Below, one piece after another: positions 28,817 through 37,855 of a stretch of DNA of 54,874 nt. Numbering within the stretch: the first letter of the stretch is position 1; the number at the start of each line of letters is the position of its first letter. Below the pieces are notes generated by a model. That model ran no database searches. It was not told the origin of the DNA and worked only from the letters and a program-made list of their open reading frames with translations. The stretch lies in NCBI GenBank assembly GCA_043800725.1, contig JAZDMR010000023.1:1-54874 (forward strand), in the 5' to 3' direction. Origin of the DNA: a bacterium. Its GTDB lineage: Bacteria > Patescibacteriota > Patescibacteriia > HK-STAS-PATE-3. The translations under genes and the position numbers were made by a program.

Positions 28817-28987
28817 TTTGCCTTCAATCTCAAGTGTTTCTGATAGTAAATCGAGTTCAGAGAATTCAACCGGAACAACAAGTTTTTTTCTCTCAGGGCT
28901 TAATTCAACGGTTTTTCTGGTTGAGGTTCATTTCTTTGCTCAGGATTTTTTCTAGTTTCGTTGATATTAATAACTGATTGCAGAATA

Positions 28988-29530
28988 CTAATTAAAATCC
29001 TTACCAGACATTAAACGAAAACTGCGAATAGTCATCTGGACGATAGTAACTACAAATCCGATCCACAATACGATAAGGAATGCCGTACCCAACCATCCCC
29101 AGCCCGACCAGACTGAGAAATCAAACGGGAATATCGTAGCAGTCACCCACAAACTCCAAAGGCTAAGTAAATCGATCAGAGTCTTACCAAAGTAGAAAAT
29201 ATTTCTTGGATGAATCGGAATCATAATTACCCAAACGACGATAGTGGAAATACAGACAATATTAGCGACCCGTAATATTTCCCCCCACTGATCAGTTAAG
29301 ATCGGAAACCCCCACCCCTCAAGATTGTTAGCAATAAACAGACAGATAGCTGTCCCAATAATACCACCAATAGCATCGCTGATTTTATAACCTTTTTTCT
29401 TTTTGGGCTTGTCTTTGTCTTCTCCGGTGACATTCTTTTCAATCTCCTTACCGACTTCTTTACCAATTTCTTTGCCAATTGTTCCGCCGATTTGTTCACC
29501 GATTGATTCTTTAATAGGATTGTCATTCAT
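28988..29530 (-). CDS. membrane hypothetical protein
   Basis: 180 aa with a K/E/G-rich N-terminus followed by 4 hydrophobic helices. Confidence 0.5.
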   Translation of the reverse strand: MNDNPIKESIGEQIGGTIGKEIGKEVGKEIEKNVTGEDKDKPKKKKGYKISDAIGGIIGTAICLFIANNLEGWGFPILTDQWGEILRVANIVCISTIVVWVIMIPIHPRNIFYFGKTLIDLLSLWSLWVTATIFPFDFSVWSGWGWLGTAFLIVLWIGFVVTIVQMTIRSFRLMSGKDFN

Positions 29531-29615
29531 ATAATTTTCGACTAATAAGGTGTTTCTTATTTAATATACCAAAAAAAACTTCTAAAAAAACCGTAAACAT
29601 CAAAAAATAAGGTTT

Positions 29616-31394
29616 TTAAGCCTTCCGCGACCTATGGCGATCGGCTTCTTTTAGGTATTGCTTGCGAAGCCGGACATGATGCGGGGTGATTTCCAAATAC
29701 TCATCGCCGCTCATGAATTCCAGCCCGCGTTCAATTGACAATTCAATAGGCGTGACAAGATTGATTGCTTCATCAGAGCCTGAAGCGCGCATGTTAGTCA
29801 GATTTTTGCCTTTGATGGGATTAACGGTCATTTCATCCCCCTTGGCAGTATTGCCTATCACCATGCCCTCATAAACTTCTGTGTTCGGGCCGATGTAGAG
29901 CTGTCCTCGATTTTGCAGATTGTATAAAGCGAAACCCAGCGCTTTGCCGGTGGCCATGGAGACCATTGAGCCGACATCTCGGGACTGAATTTCTCCGGCG
30001 TGCTTACGAAAGCCTAAATTTTCAGAAGACATAGTGCCCTCACCTCTGGTGTCAACTATAAATACACCACGATAGCCCAGTAATCCACGAGTAGGAACTT
30101 CAAACGTCAGTCGCGTAGTTTCTTCGGTCCGCATACTAGTCATAACGCCTTTGCGACGCTGGAGCTTTTCAATAACGGTGCCGGACATCTCATTAGGTAC
30201 ATCAATAGTGACTAGCTCAAACGGCTCAACACGCTCTCCATTCTCTTCTTTGAAAATGGCATGCGGCTGGGACACCTGCATTTCATAACCTTCCCGCCGT
30301 ATCTGCTCTAGTAAAATAGCCAAGTGCATTTCTCCGCGGCCGAATATTGTATAATACTCTTTATTGGAAAAATCAATTTTAAGGCCCACATTCACCTCAA
30401 GCTCTTTTTCCAAACGCTCTTTAAGCTGGCTATTAGTCACCCGCGTGCCATCCTTGCCGGCAAACGGCGAATTATTCACCATGAAATGCACGGAAATGGT
30501 CGGTTCATCCACATGAATGGCAGTTAACAATTCCTGGTCCTCGCTATGACAGACTGTCTCGCCGATATCGATATCTTCCACACCGGCAAACATGATAATG
30601 TCCCCTGCCTCCGCGCTATCCACCTCTTTGCGATCAAACCCTTGGAAAGCATAAATCTTGGTAATGGTAGCATTGCGAGTTTCACTGGTAGACTTCTTAA
30701 TCACCACACGTTCACCTTTCCTAAGGATTCCTTCATAGATTCTGCCGATGCCCATGCGACCAAGATAATCATCATAAGCTAAGTTAAATGGCTGTAAACG
30801 AAGCGGTAAACTTGTTTCATGGGGTGCTAGAGGCACATGTTCCAAAATCATATCCAAGATCGGAGTTAAGTCTTTGGCTTCATCAGTAAGATTCCGTTTG
30901 GCAATGCCTTTCGAGCCGATGGCGTAGACATGCGGGAAATCCAGCTGCTCGTCGTTGGCGCCCAGCTCCATGAATAATTCCAGCACCTTTTCTTCCGCTT
31001 CAGGAATATTGGCGGCCGGCTTGTCGATTTTATTGAATACCACAATCGGCTTTAGTCCCAGCTCCAATGATTTTTTTAACACATAGCGCGTTTGAGGCAT
31101 GGGGCCTTCTTGCGCATCCACCACCAGTAACACGGAATCAATCGAGCGTAAGACACGCTCTACCTCCGAGCCAAAGTCGGCGTGTCCCGGCGTGTCAACG
31201 ATATTGATCTTGGTATCCTTGTAAAACAAAGACGTGTTTTTTGCGTAGATGGTAATACCACGCTCTTTTTCCAGCGCATTTGAATCCATTGATAGCGTGT
31301 CATCGGCCATGCCGGTCTGGCGAAGCAAGGCGTCCGTCAGCGTAGTTTTGCCATGGTCTACATGGGCTATAATAGCAATGTTGCGAATATCCAT
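29616..31394 (-). CDS. typA: translational GTPase TypA/BipA
   Basis: AHVDHGKTT and DTPGH GTPase motifs, 592 aa, BipA-type C-terminal region. Confidence 0.95.
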   Translation of the reverse strand: MDIRNIAIIAHVDHGKTTLTDALLRQTGMADDTLSMDSNALEKERGITIYAKNTSLFYKDTKINIVDTPGHADFGSEVERVLRSIDSVLLVVDAQEGPMPQTRYVLKKSLELGLKPIVVFNKIDKPAANIPEAEEKVLELFMELGANDEQLDFPHVYAIGSKGIAKRNLTDEAKDLTPILDMILEHVPLAPHETSLPLRLQPFNLAYDDYLGRMGIGRIYEGILRKGERVVIKKSTSETRNATITKIYAFQGFDRKEVDSAEAGDIIMFAGVEDIDIGETVCHSEDQELLTAIHVDEPTISVHFMVNNSPFAGKDGTRVTNSQLKERLEKELEVNVGLKIDFSNKEYYTIFGRGEMHLAILLEQIRREGYEMQVSQPHAIFKEENGERVEPFELVTIDVPNEMSGTVIEKLQRRKGVMTSMRTEETTRLTFEVPTRGLLGYRGVFIVDTRGEGTMSSENLGFRKHAGEIQSRDVGSMVSMATGKALGFALYNLQNRGQLYIGPNTEVYEGMVIGNTAKGDEMTVNPIKGKNLTNMRASGSDEAINLVTPIELSIERGLEFMSGDEYLEITPHHVRLRKQYLKEADRHRSRKA

Positions 31395-31528
31395 ATTTAT
31401 TCAAAAATCCGACTCTTTTCGAGAGCCGGCTAAATATTCTCTCTGGTTAAGATAATGAGGAATTATACAGGAAAACGGACGGAAGTCAAGGCTTTATGCT
31501 TTTTACTGAGAACTCCCTGAACCGAATA

Positions 31529-31723
31529 TTATTGATTAATATCCTGCACCCGGCCCACTTCTCCTGTTTCTAGACGGACTTTGATTCCATGCGGATGGGT
31601 TGGTGAGTTTGTCAGAATATCAGCCACCGCCCCATCAGTTAATTTTCCGGTCCGCTGATCCTGTTTTTGCACAATGGAAACACGTAAACCCGGATATATA
31701 TGGTTTCTATTTTGTCCGTCCAT
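31529..31723 (-). CDS. YwbE-family small protein (DUF2196)
   Basis: 64 aa with the QRTGKLT.G.V..ILT.S..HP.GIKVRL pattern. Confidence 0.7.
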   Translation of the reverse strand: MDGQNRNHIYPGLRVSIVQKQDQRTGKLTDGAVADILTNSPTHPHGIKVRLETGEVGRVQDINQ

Positions 31724-31783
31724 GTAATTAGTATATCAAAAAAACCTTTACATCGAAAGATAAAGGGCTTCGCAAGCCGGTAT

Positions 31784-32119
31784 TTATTCGAAATCAAGCG
31801 CAACGCATGGTTCACCGCCAATCACCCAGGCATCATGATTAGGGCCGACTTCAAAGGCTTCTCCCGGATAGACCGCAATTTCTTGGCCGGTCGTATCTTT
31901 GATCATTATACTGCCTGAAATAATGTAGCCGATATGCCGGGCTGATTCTTTACCGGTTTGCGAGCCAGCGTGTTCGGACCAGCGCCAGCCGGGCTTATAA
32001 ACACCTCTGCTAATAGAGAGCGTCGGTAAATTTGCAACGTTTCGTTCGCTGCCATCAGCGAATACCCGCTTATTTTTTTCATAACTGGGATTTTTAATGC
32101 TGGCGCTTTTTTCAACCAT
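31784..32119 (-). CDS. cupin-domain protein
   Basis: 111 aa with a beta-barrel-like G.H..G..ISG...I motif. Confidence 0.6.
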   Translation of the reverse strand: MVEKSASIKNPSYEKNKRVFADGSERNVANLPTLSISRGVYKPGWRWSEHAGSQTGKESARHIGYIISGSIMIKDTTGQEIAVYPGEAFEVGPNHDAWVIGGEPCVALDFE

Positions 32120-32265
32120 GTATTCATTTTACCACAAAACTGCCTGTCATCGGACTATTCGCTGGGAGATTACACCGACATAAACAATCAGTCGTGAATT
32201 CTATCAGAATCAAAATAGTCTAATCCGGAAAAAACTTAAACTCCTCGCCTTTAAATGGTTTTTTA

Positions 32266-32658
32266 CTAATTGTCCAAACACAGTGATTCTTTTGAAACTG
32301 TCCCAAGAATTACCTGTTTAACACAGCCTTCAACAAGTTCTTCCGGGTAGCAGGTGCCGGTTATACCGCTTACTTCTCCGCTGGATAATGCTGCTTGCTG
32401 TCCTTCAGTCAAAGCGGAAGGGAAACAAACTCCTGATTGGCATTGTCCTCCATCGGTACAAATTTCACCGGCTGCCTTGTTTGCCAAGAGACAACTGTTA
32501 TGCTCATTTGACCATTCCCCGCCTACGCTTTCGCATGACTGCCTATCTCTCTGCGGATGATGTTCGGGCAATGATGAATAATAAAAACCTAAAGCAATGC
32601 CGCACAAAGGTATCGCTGCAATGATTATTAAAGGCAAATATTTTTTTATTTTATGCAT
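32266..32658 (-). CDS. secreted Cys-rich hypothetical protein
   Basis: Signal/TM at the N-terminus and 8 cysteines. Confidence 0.45.
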   Translation of the reverse strand: MHKIKKYLPLIIIAAIPLCGIALGFYYSSLPEHHPQRDRQSCESVGGEWSNEHNSCLLANKAAGEICTDGGQCQSGVCFPSALTEGQQAALSSGEVSGITGTCYPEELVEGCVKQVILGTVSKESLCLDN

Positions 32659-32699
32659 AGATACAATTTTAAACTGCGACTGGAATTACGTATTAGGAC

Positions 32700-33251
32700 C
32701 TATTCTGTCTTTTGATACTGGATGTACTGGTTGAGCGTGGAAATGCGCGTAGTTGCGCTTTCACCGTAGGTCGTACTATAGGGCAGGTTATTCCGAAAGC
32801 CATGGCCAAAATAAAGACCTTCCGCAGTTAGGCTGTATATATCATAGATATTCTCGCCTTCCCCCATATCTACGAGATTGATTTGATCCGTGCCCGGGAA
32901 CTCAATCAGATACTCACTGGTAATCGTGTTCATGGTTCCGGTACAGCCGGGCTGATTCCAATCCCAGCGGGTATGGGTGGCCCAAGCCTCGCTGTCAATT
33001 TCAAACTGGTGCATTTCCGACCAAGGGCTGTCTGGGTCGGGCGTCAGGCAGACAGATTTCCAAGTACCAATTAACTCCTCCGGAACAGCTGACTGGCTGG
33101 CTGACGCGCTGGTATTCTGATTTAGCGTGGAATTTGTTTTGGTATTAGCGGATTGGTTGGCATTTTGATTGTTATTTTTTTCACAACCAGCGCCAGTCAA
33201 AAAAACGCCGACGGTCAGAATGAGCGCGAAATACATTGCTTTTTTGTACAT
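32700..33251 (-). CDS. putative lipoprotein
   Basis: Lipobox-like LTGAGC after a signal peptide, with an N/Q-rich linker. Confidence 0.55.
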   Translation of the reverse strand: MYKKAMYFALILTVGVFLTGAGCEKNNNQNANQSANTKTNSTLNQNTSASASQSAVPEELIGTWKSVCLTPDPDSPWSEMHQFEIDSEAWATHTRWDWNQPGCTGTMNTITSEYLIEFPGTDQINLVDMGEGENIYDIYSLTAEGLYFGHGFRNNLPYSTTYGESATTRISTLNQYIQYQKTE

Positions 33252-33328
33252 CGTTTTATTATTAAATTTTTATAACTACGCTTTTACTATACCACTGCTA
33301 ATAAACCCGGTAAATATCAAGCACAGGA

Positions 33329-33354
33329 GGCAGGCCACTCGAGTTCAGTGCCCC
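33329..33354. repeat. 26-bp exact direct repeat, copy 1
   Basis: GGCAGGCCACTCGAGTTCAGTGCCCC, identical to 34681-34706. Confidence 0.9.
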
Positions 33355-33539
33355 ACCCTTGCAAGTATTAATCTATACAGAATATCTTGTCTTATTTTTA
33401 GTATTAATTTAGCTTTCCTCTGTACAATATTGTTAGGTATAATTGCCCAATCAAGCGGGCCTTAACGTGCCAGCCCAAATCCCGCATCACTTATGGATTT
33501 ATGTGCGGAGCAGGCTCGCCATAACATTCAATTCAATTC

Positions 33540-34331
33540 CTACACCGGCCTTAGTGTCCCCGCCCATACCTGCCAGGCCAAAAGAGACTTGGCCACCAGT
33601 GAGAGGACGATGTAGGTTTTTTCTCCGTAAAGATAATCCCTCCACTTCCCCACCTTCTTGTATTGCATGACCATGTTAACCGCGAAGCTATTGAAGAACA
33701 GGAAGATTGAGAAATAAATCCAATAGACAAATGCTGGTGGGCCTTGATCCCCGCTACCTGAACCAAATAAATAAATACCGACAGCTACCCAGGGTACAGC
33801 TCCGGCAATTACTCCAAACCAATAAGAGGTCCAGTTGGTCTTATCCGTTGTTTGATTATGCAGTTCCATCATCCAGCCAAACAATATCATCATGGCATTC
33901 AAGAAAAATAAAAGCATTATACTGACTATGTCATAGATGCCTACCAGCATAGCGATAACTACTATCATCAACGACGAACTAAAAGCATACTCAATCCAGC
34001 GGGCATAGTTCGCGCCTTTGGTTAAGTTCTTCACATACCAGCGATAACCGCCTCCGACTGATACTGCTAAGTGAGCAATAGCCGATATAAACAAAAAGCC
34101 GGCGACTAAGGGACCAATCCGCCATTCGCTTATCGTATCCAAGACTGGTGTTAGTTGTTGAGTTGTTGCATTAAATTTAAGAAACGCTGTGGTAACTGGT
34201 ACTGCGAAATCGCTTGAAAGTATAAGCATCAGCACGCCTTGGATTGCATGCAAGAAAAACATAATCAAATTGAACTTTCGTAGCCCTTTAGTTCGTTCTT
34301 CGATTTGTGGTTGTGTGTTTTGATCGTTCAT
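33540..34331 (-). CDS. heliorhodopsin
   Basis: 7-TM protein with a long N-terminal cytoplasmic lead. Motifs remembered from heliorhodopsins: ARWIEYAFSSSLMIV, FGWMMEL, FVYWIYFSIFLFFNSF. The retinal-lysine context is YIVLSLVAKSLLAWQVWAGTL. Confidence 0.85.
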   Translation of the reverse strand: MNDQNTQPQIEERTKGLRKFNLIMFFLHAIQGVLMLILSSDFAVPVTTAFLKFNATTQQLTPVLDTISEWRIGPLVAGFLFISAIAHLAVSVGGGYRWYVKNLTKGANYARWIEYAFSSSLMIVVIAMLVGIYDIVSIMLLFFLNAMMILFGWMMELHNQTTDKTNWTSYWFGVIAGAVPWVAVGIYLFGSGSGDQGPPAFVYWIYFSIFLFFNSFAVNMVMQYKKVGKWRDYLYGEKTYIVLSLVAKSLLAWQVWAGTLRPV

Positions 34332-34430
34332 ATGTTTTATAAGTTAATTTTATATGGCAGAGTATATTAGATGCGGCTCGAAAGGGTGGCAGGGCGTGGT
34401 CAACGTTATCAGAACCAAATTATTATTGAA

Positions 34431-34667
34431 CTACTCGTTATTTTTATTAACTGTCACCGTCTTCGATGCTATCCACATCCAGACAATTACCGTCGGTACC
34501 CAATAAGGGAAGACGCCATACAACGTATCACTAACAGAATGCGACGAGCGATCGATAGCTAAGAATGTTTGTAGGCAAAAAACAAGCGCGAGTAAAGTTA
34601 TCAGCCAGCCGACAAACGAACTTAGCCGGTAGAACCAGCCCCATGTTTTAAACCAGATTGTTTTCAT
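34431..34667 (-). CDS. small two-TM membrane protein (upstream of heliorhodopsin)
   Basis: ATG at 34667 (MKTIWFKTWGWF..). The longer track ORF to 34910 overlaps the next gene and runs through the repeat, so the short start is preferred. Confidence 0.45.
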   Translation of the reverse strand: MKTIWFKTWGWFYRLSSFVGWLITLLALVFCLQTFLAIDRSSHSVSDTLYGVFPYWVPTVIVWMWIASKTVTVNKNNE

Positions 34668-34680
34668 AATATACTTTATT

Positions 34681-34706
34681 GGCAGGCCACTCGAGTTCAG
34701 TGCCCC
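34681..34706. repeat. 26-bp exact direct repeat, copy 2
   Basis: GGCAGGCCACTCGAGTTCAGTGCCCC, 13 nt upstream of the ATG at 34667. Confidence 0.9.
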
Positions 34707-34831
34707 GCCAATGGGGGTATTGTAAGGGGTTTTGAGGTATTTTGCTAGTAGCGACTTTGAGGCACATGGGTAGGGGTCTGAAAAACAGAATGCGACAAAT
34801 GAGACAGTACTAAGGGGATTTGGGACGTGTC

Positions 34832-35395
34832 TTATTTTCTTATATTGCCCTTGTTTCTCGTTACTCCACCGGACGAATTGAGTTTGTAGAGGTCTTTCGT
34901 TAAAGCCCACCAGAGCGAGGTTTTTGTGATGTTTGATTCTGAGCCGGCTACGTCGGGTTGGATTGTTAACACATCATCATCGATTTTTGTATAAATGTAT
35001 TTACCAGAGGTAAAAACGTAAACGTACTTTGGAAGATCCGGTCTGAAACTCGACAGGAGTTTTGTCTGGCCATCTTTAGTGTACACTTCGTTCATCAGTA
35101 AAACAGGCTCGTAGCCACCTTCGGAAATCTGGAAGGGATTACCATCGGGAGCAAGTGCTGAATACGCGTAGAATTTGAAACCGCCGGCAAACGCGGGATT
35201 CAGATGATAATAAACGCCGAGTAAGATGACAGAGAATCCGATGAATGCAAAGAAGCCACCAGCAATCATAGTCACACGTTTAACGAGTGCTCCTTTTATC
35301 CGTACTATGTACCAAATAATTCCCCCGGCTACGACTACCATTACTGGAAAAATGACCAGCCAGGTGACGAGATTTGTTCCGATATGAGATTCCAT
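34832..35395 (-). CDS. membrane hypothetical protein
   Basis: 187 aa with two N-terminal TM helices. Confidence 0.5.
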   Translation of the reverse strand: MESHIGTNLVTWLVIFPVMVVVAGGIIWYIVRIKGALVKRVTMIAGGFFAFIGFSVILLGVYYHLNPAFAGGFKFYAYSALAPDGNPFQISEGGYEPVLLMNEVYTKDGQTKLLSSFRPDLPKYVYVFTSGKYIYTKIDDDVLTIQPDVAGSESNITKTSLWWALTKDLYKLNSSGGVTRNKGNIRK

Positions 35396-35489
35396 AATGG
35401 TTTGCGCGGGATCAGTTCTAGATCACATTGTAGGCTCTGGCGTAGAGGTTCCAAAGCGATTTTCCATTCATGTAATGATTATACCATAA

Positions 35490-35681
35490 AACGGCCGACT
35501 TTTTCATTCAATGGGATCAAAGGCTGAAAAACTTCCGGATGACATAGAAGTGAATACTCGCAAGTACGCCAAATACCTACTCAAACAAGGCAGTATGACT
35601 GAGAAGCGTGAACTATTAGGGAATCTGCGGAGTCGGTTGGTCTATAAGGATAAAATCATATCACTGGTGCAAGAAGCGTAG
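35490..35681 (+). pseudogene. possible C-terminal remnant of a large serine recombinase
   Basis: An isolated 63-codon frame ends ..[42 protein letters not shown]-stop. It resembles the C-terminal tails of recombinase-family proteins as I remember them. No catalytic domain is present. Confidence 0.3.
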
Positions 35682-35686
35682 AAACT

Positions 35687-36175
35687 CTACGTAGACTTAA
35701 TAATGACCTCAAATTCATCTTTTGAGAGATTTTCATTCAGGCCAAGTTGTTTTAATTGATGATGTCGCCATCCTTCAACTGAGTTATCATGATCCCACGC
35801 GGCTCTTTGTTTATCTTCATCAAAAAAGAAAAGTTTCATTGTCGTCAGCATTGATTTTTTCGATGCCTTGGGAATGAAAATTTTAAAGTGTGCTATTAAT
35901 AAAAGAACTCCGAAAAATATACCCGTATATAAAAAAATTATTCTATGATCTGGCGGGAAAACAAGACCTACCAGAACGGTTAGGTTACCCATGACGTAAA
36001 CTATAATACCGACAAGAGAGGAGATGCGCTGACGCCCAAAAGATTTAGCCAAGACAAGATTGTAGCCATATTTACTAATTGATAATTGTGCATCTCCAAG
36101 TGGAGTTTTACTAGCAGCCCCAATAGCCAAAATAATGGATCCACTTAATGCGATTATTAGACCAAAAATATCCAT
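35687..36175 (-). CDS. membrane hypothetical protein
   Basis: 162 aa with 4 hydrophobic helices; AT-rich like the host. Confidence 0.5.
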   Translation of the reverse strand: MDIFGLIIALSGSIILAIGAASKTPLGDAQLSISKYGYNLVLAKSFGRQRISSLVGIIVYVMGNLTVLVGLVFPPDHRIIFLYTGIFFGVLLLIAHFKIFIPKASKKSMLTTMKLFFFDEDKQRAAWDHDNSVEGWRHHQLKQLGLNENLSKDEFEVIIKST

Positions 36176-36219
36176 ACTCTGATGTTTTCTTTTAATGCGT
36201 TTAATCCGTCCACCAACGA

Positions 36220-36293
36220 TGGCAGGGGCGGAAGGTGTCGCACCCTCGTTGCCGGTTTTGGAGACCGGTGTTCTACTGTTGAACTACGCCCCC
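36220..36293 (-). tRNA. tRNA-Trp (anticodon CCA), CCA encoded, with non-canonical D- and T-loops
   Basis: GGGGGCG-TA-GTTC-AACAGTA-GAAC-A-CCGGT-CTCCAAA-ACCGG-CAAC-GAGGG-TGCGACA-CCTTC-CGCCCCT-G-CCA. The acceptor pairs fully (G1.U72). The D-loop lacks GG, and the T-loop is TGCGACA rather than TTCRANN. Confidence 0.8.
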
Positions 36294-36536
36294 ATCATCG
36301 ATGTTGGACAATCAAATATTTTTAGCACGTATCGCGCTGTTGTTCAATGGTGGGCTTCACACATGAGTCGCGTTCGATACTCCGTACCCCTGGCAGGGGA
36401 AAAGCGGCTCGAACTACATGGGTCGCCCCTCGTGTATTATTTCGGAAATATGGAGAAAATTCAATAGCTTCGGAAACTGATTTGACTTGATACTATTATT
36501 CATATATAATCTCATATAGTCATTATATATGATACT

Positions 36537-37589
36537 ATGGACCGTAGAGAACAGCGAATCGCAAGTATTCCCCAACACATCTGGTCGCTGGTCAATCAAA
36601 TTGATCAGTTGAAAGGCCAATGGATCGGCGGGGCTCAATTAAACCCCCAGGCACTCGGGCGGCTGAAGCGTTCGGTTTTGGTTACGTCGAGCGGTGCCTC
36701 CACCCGTATTGAAGGAGTAAAATTGTCAGATGAGGACGTGGAAAAGCTCATGCGCGGACTTTCGATTACCAAATTCGCCGACCGGGACAAGCAGGAAGTC
36801 TGGGGATACTACGAACTCCTTGAAAATGTCTTCAATTCCTGGAAGCACATTCCGTTTACGGAGAGCACAATCAAGCACTTCCACAAGGAGCTCTTGAAGC
36901 ACGTGAACAAGGATGCGCTGCATCGAGGTGAATATAAGACTTCGGAGAACAGCGTGGAGATATTCGACGAGAACGGAAAATCGCTCGGGGTCATCTTCAA
37001 AACGATTCCGGCCTATCTCACTCCGAAGCGAATGCAGGAATCGGTAGAATGGACGCGATGGGCCTTGAAGGAAGAGACACAGCATCCACTATTCCTCATG
37101 GCGAACTTCATTGTCGAGTTTCTCGCTATTCACCCGTTCCAGGACGGGAACGGCCGGCTCGCGCGCATTCTCACGAATCTGCTCATGTTGAAAAGCGGCT
37201 ACGCCTATGTGCCGTACGTTTCCCATGAAAAACTTGTGGAAGACAACAAGGCCGATTACTATGTCGCGCTCCGGAGAAGCCAGATAACATTCGGTACTAC
37301 GAAGGAAACAATCGCGCCCTGGCTTGAGTTCTTTCTGGCCATTGCACTTACCCAAGCCCGCCAGGCGATTAATCTGCTCTCCCGTGAGAATATCGAGAAG
37401 CTGCTGTCCCCGAAACAACTCGCGGTTTGGCAGTATCTTGAGCAGGTTACGGAAGCGACGCCAGGACAAATTGCGAAAGCGGCTCACGTCGCTCGTCCGA
37501 CCGTGTCGCAGGCACTAGAGGTATTGTTACGCCTGAAGAAAATCGAGCGGATCGGGCAGGGCAGGACGACGCGGTATCGGAGGCAATAG
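36537..37589 (+). CDS. Fic-family protein (probable AMPylase) with an N-terminal inhibitory motif and a C-terminal wHTH
   Basis: Fic core HPFQDGNGRLARIL, upstream SxxxEG-type motif (ASTRIEGV) and a C-terminal HTH-like QIAKAAHVARPTVSQALEVLLRLKKIERIGQGRTTRY. Confidence 0.9.
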   Translation: MDRREQRIASIPQHIWSLVNQIDQLKGQWIGGAQLNPQALGRLKRSVLVTSSGASTRIEGVKLSDEDVEKLMRGLSITKFADRDKQEVWGYYELLENVFNSWKHIPFTESTIKHFHKELLKHVNKDALHRGEYKTSENSVEIFDENGKSLGVIFKTIPAYLTPKRMQESVEWTRWALKEETQHPLFLMANFIVEFLAIHPFQDGNGRLARILTNLLMLKSGYAYVPYVSHEKLVEDNKADYYVALRRSQITFGTTKETIAPWLEFFLAIALTQARQAINLLSRENIEKLLSPKQLAVWQYLEQVTEATPGQIAKAAHVARPTVSQALEVLLRLKKIERIGQGRTTRYRRQ

Positions 37590-37600
37590 AGATAATTTGT

Positions 37601-37855
37601 ATGGCAAAGAAGGTAAAGGCTCTTCATGCGCTCAATTGGTACTACGGCAACATCTGCTCGCGGAAGTGCCCGGAAGAGAAGCAGAAAAGCCACTACGACC
37701 GCATGCACGAGATCATCAAAGGGCACGGAGAGTTTCTTATTACCCATACAATGTTCATCAAGGTCATGTATAACAAGTACCACGTTTGCGGATTAAGCGA
37801 CGAGGAACTTCGACGGCCGACTCGGGATTTCTGGAGACTGAAGTGTCTTCCATGA
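37601..37855 (+). CDS. 84-aa Cys/His-rich hypothetical protein
   Basis: Starts 12 nt after the Fic stop, and its TGA overlaps the ATG of the next gene (ATGA at 37852-37855). It has 4 Cys and 7 His. Confidence 0.55.
   Translation: MAKKVKALHALNWYYGNICSRKCPEEKQKSHYDRMHEIIKGHGEFLITHTMFIKVMYNKYHVCGLSDEELRRPTRDFWRLKCLP

Noticed and set aside
36347-36435. tRNA-like debris: TGGTGGGCTTC.., the GTAGTTCGA string and a CCCC-TGCCA-GGGG hairpin.
   Set aside because: It cannot be folded into a cloverleaf, because it has no complementary acceptor strands and no 7-nt T-loop. It may be a recombination scar, but I cannot support a feature call.
36195-36467. Track ORF of 90 aa (+), and the ORF at 36414-36638 (-).
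   Set aside because: The first overlaps the tRNA-Trp gene in antisense. Neither has an RBS or any motif, and both sit in the island's non-coding leader.
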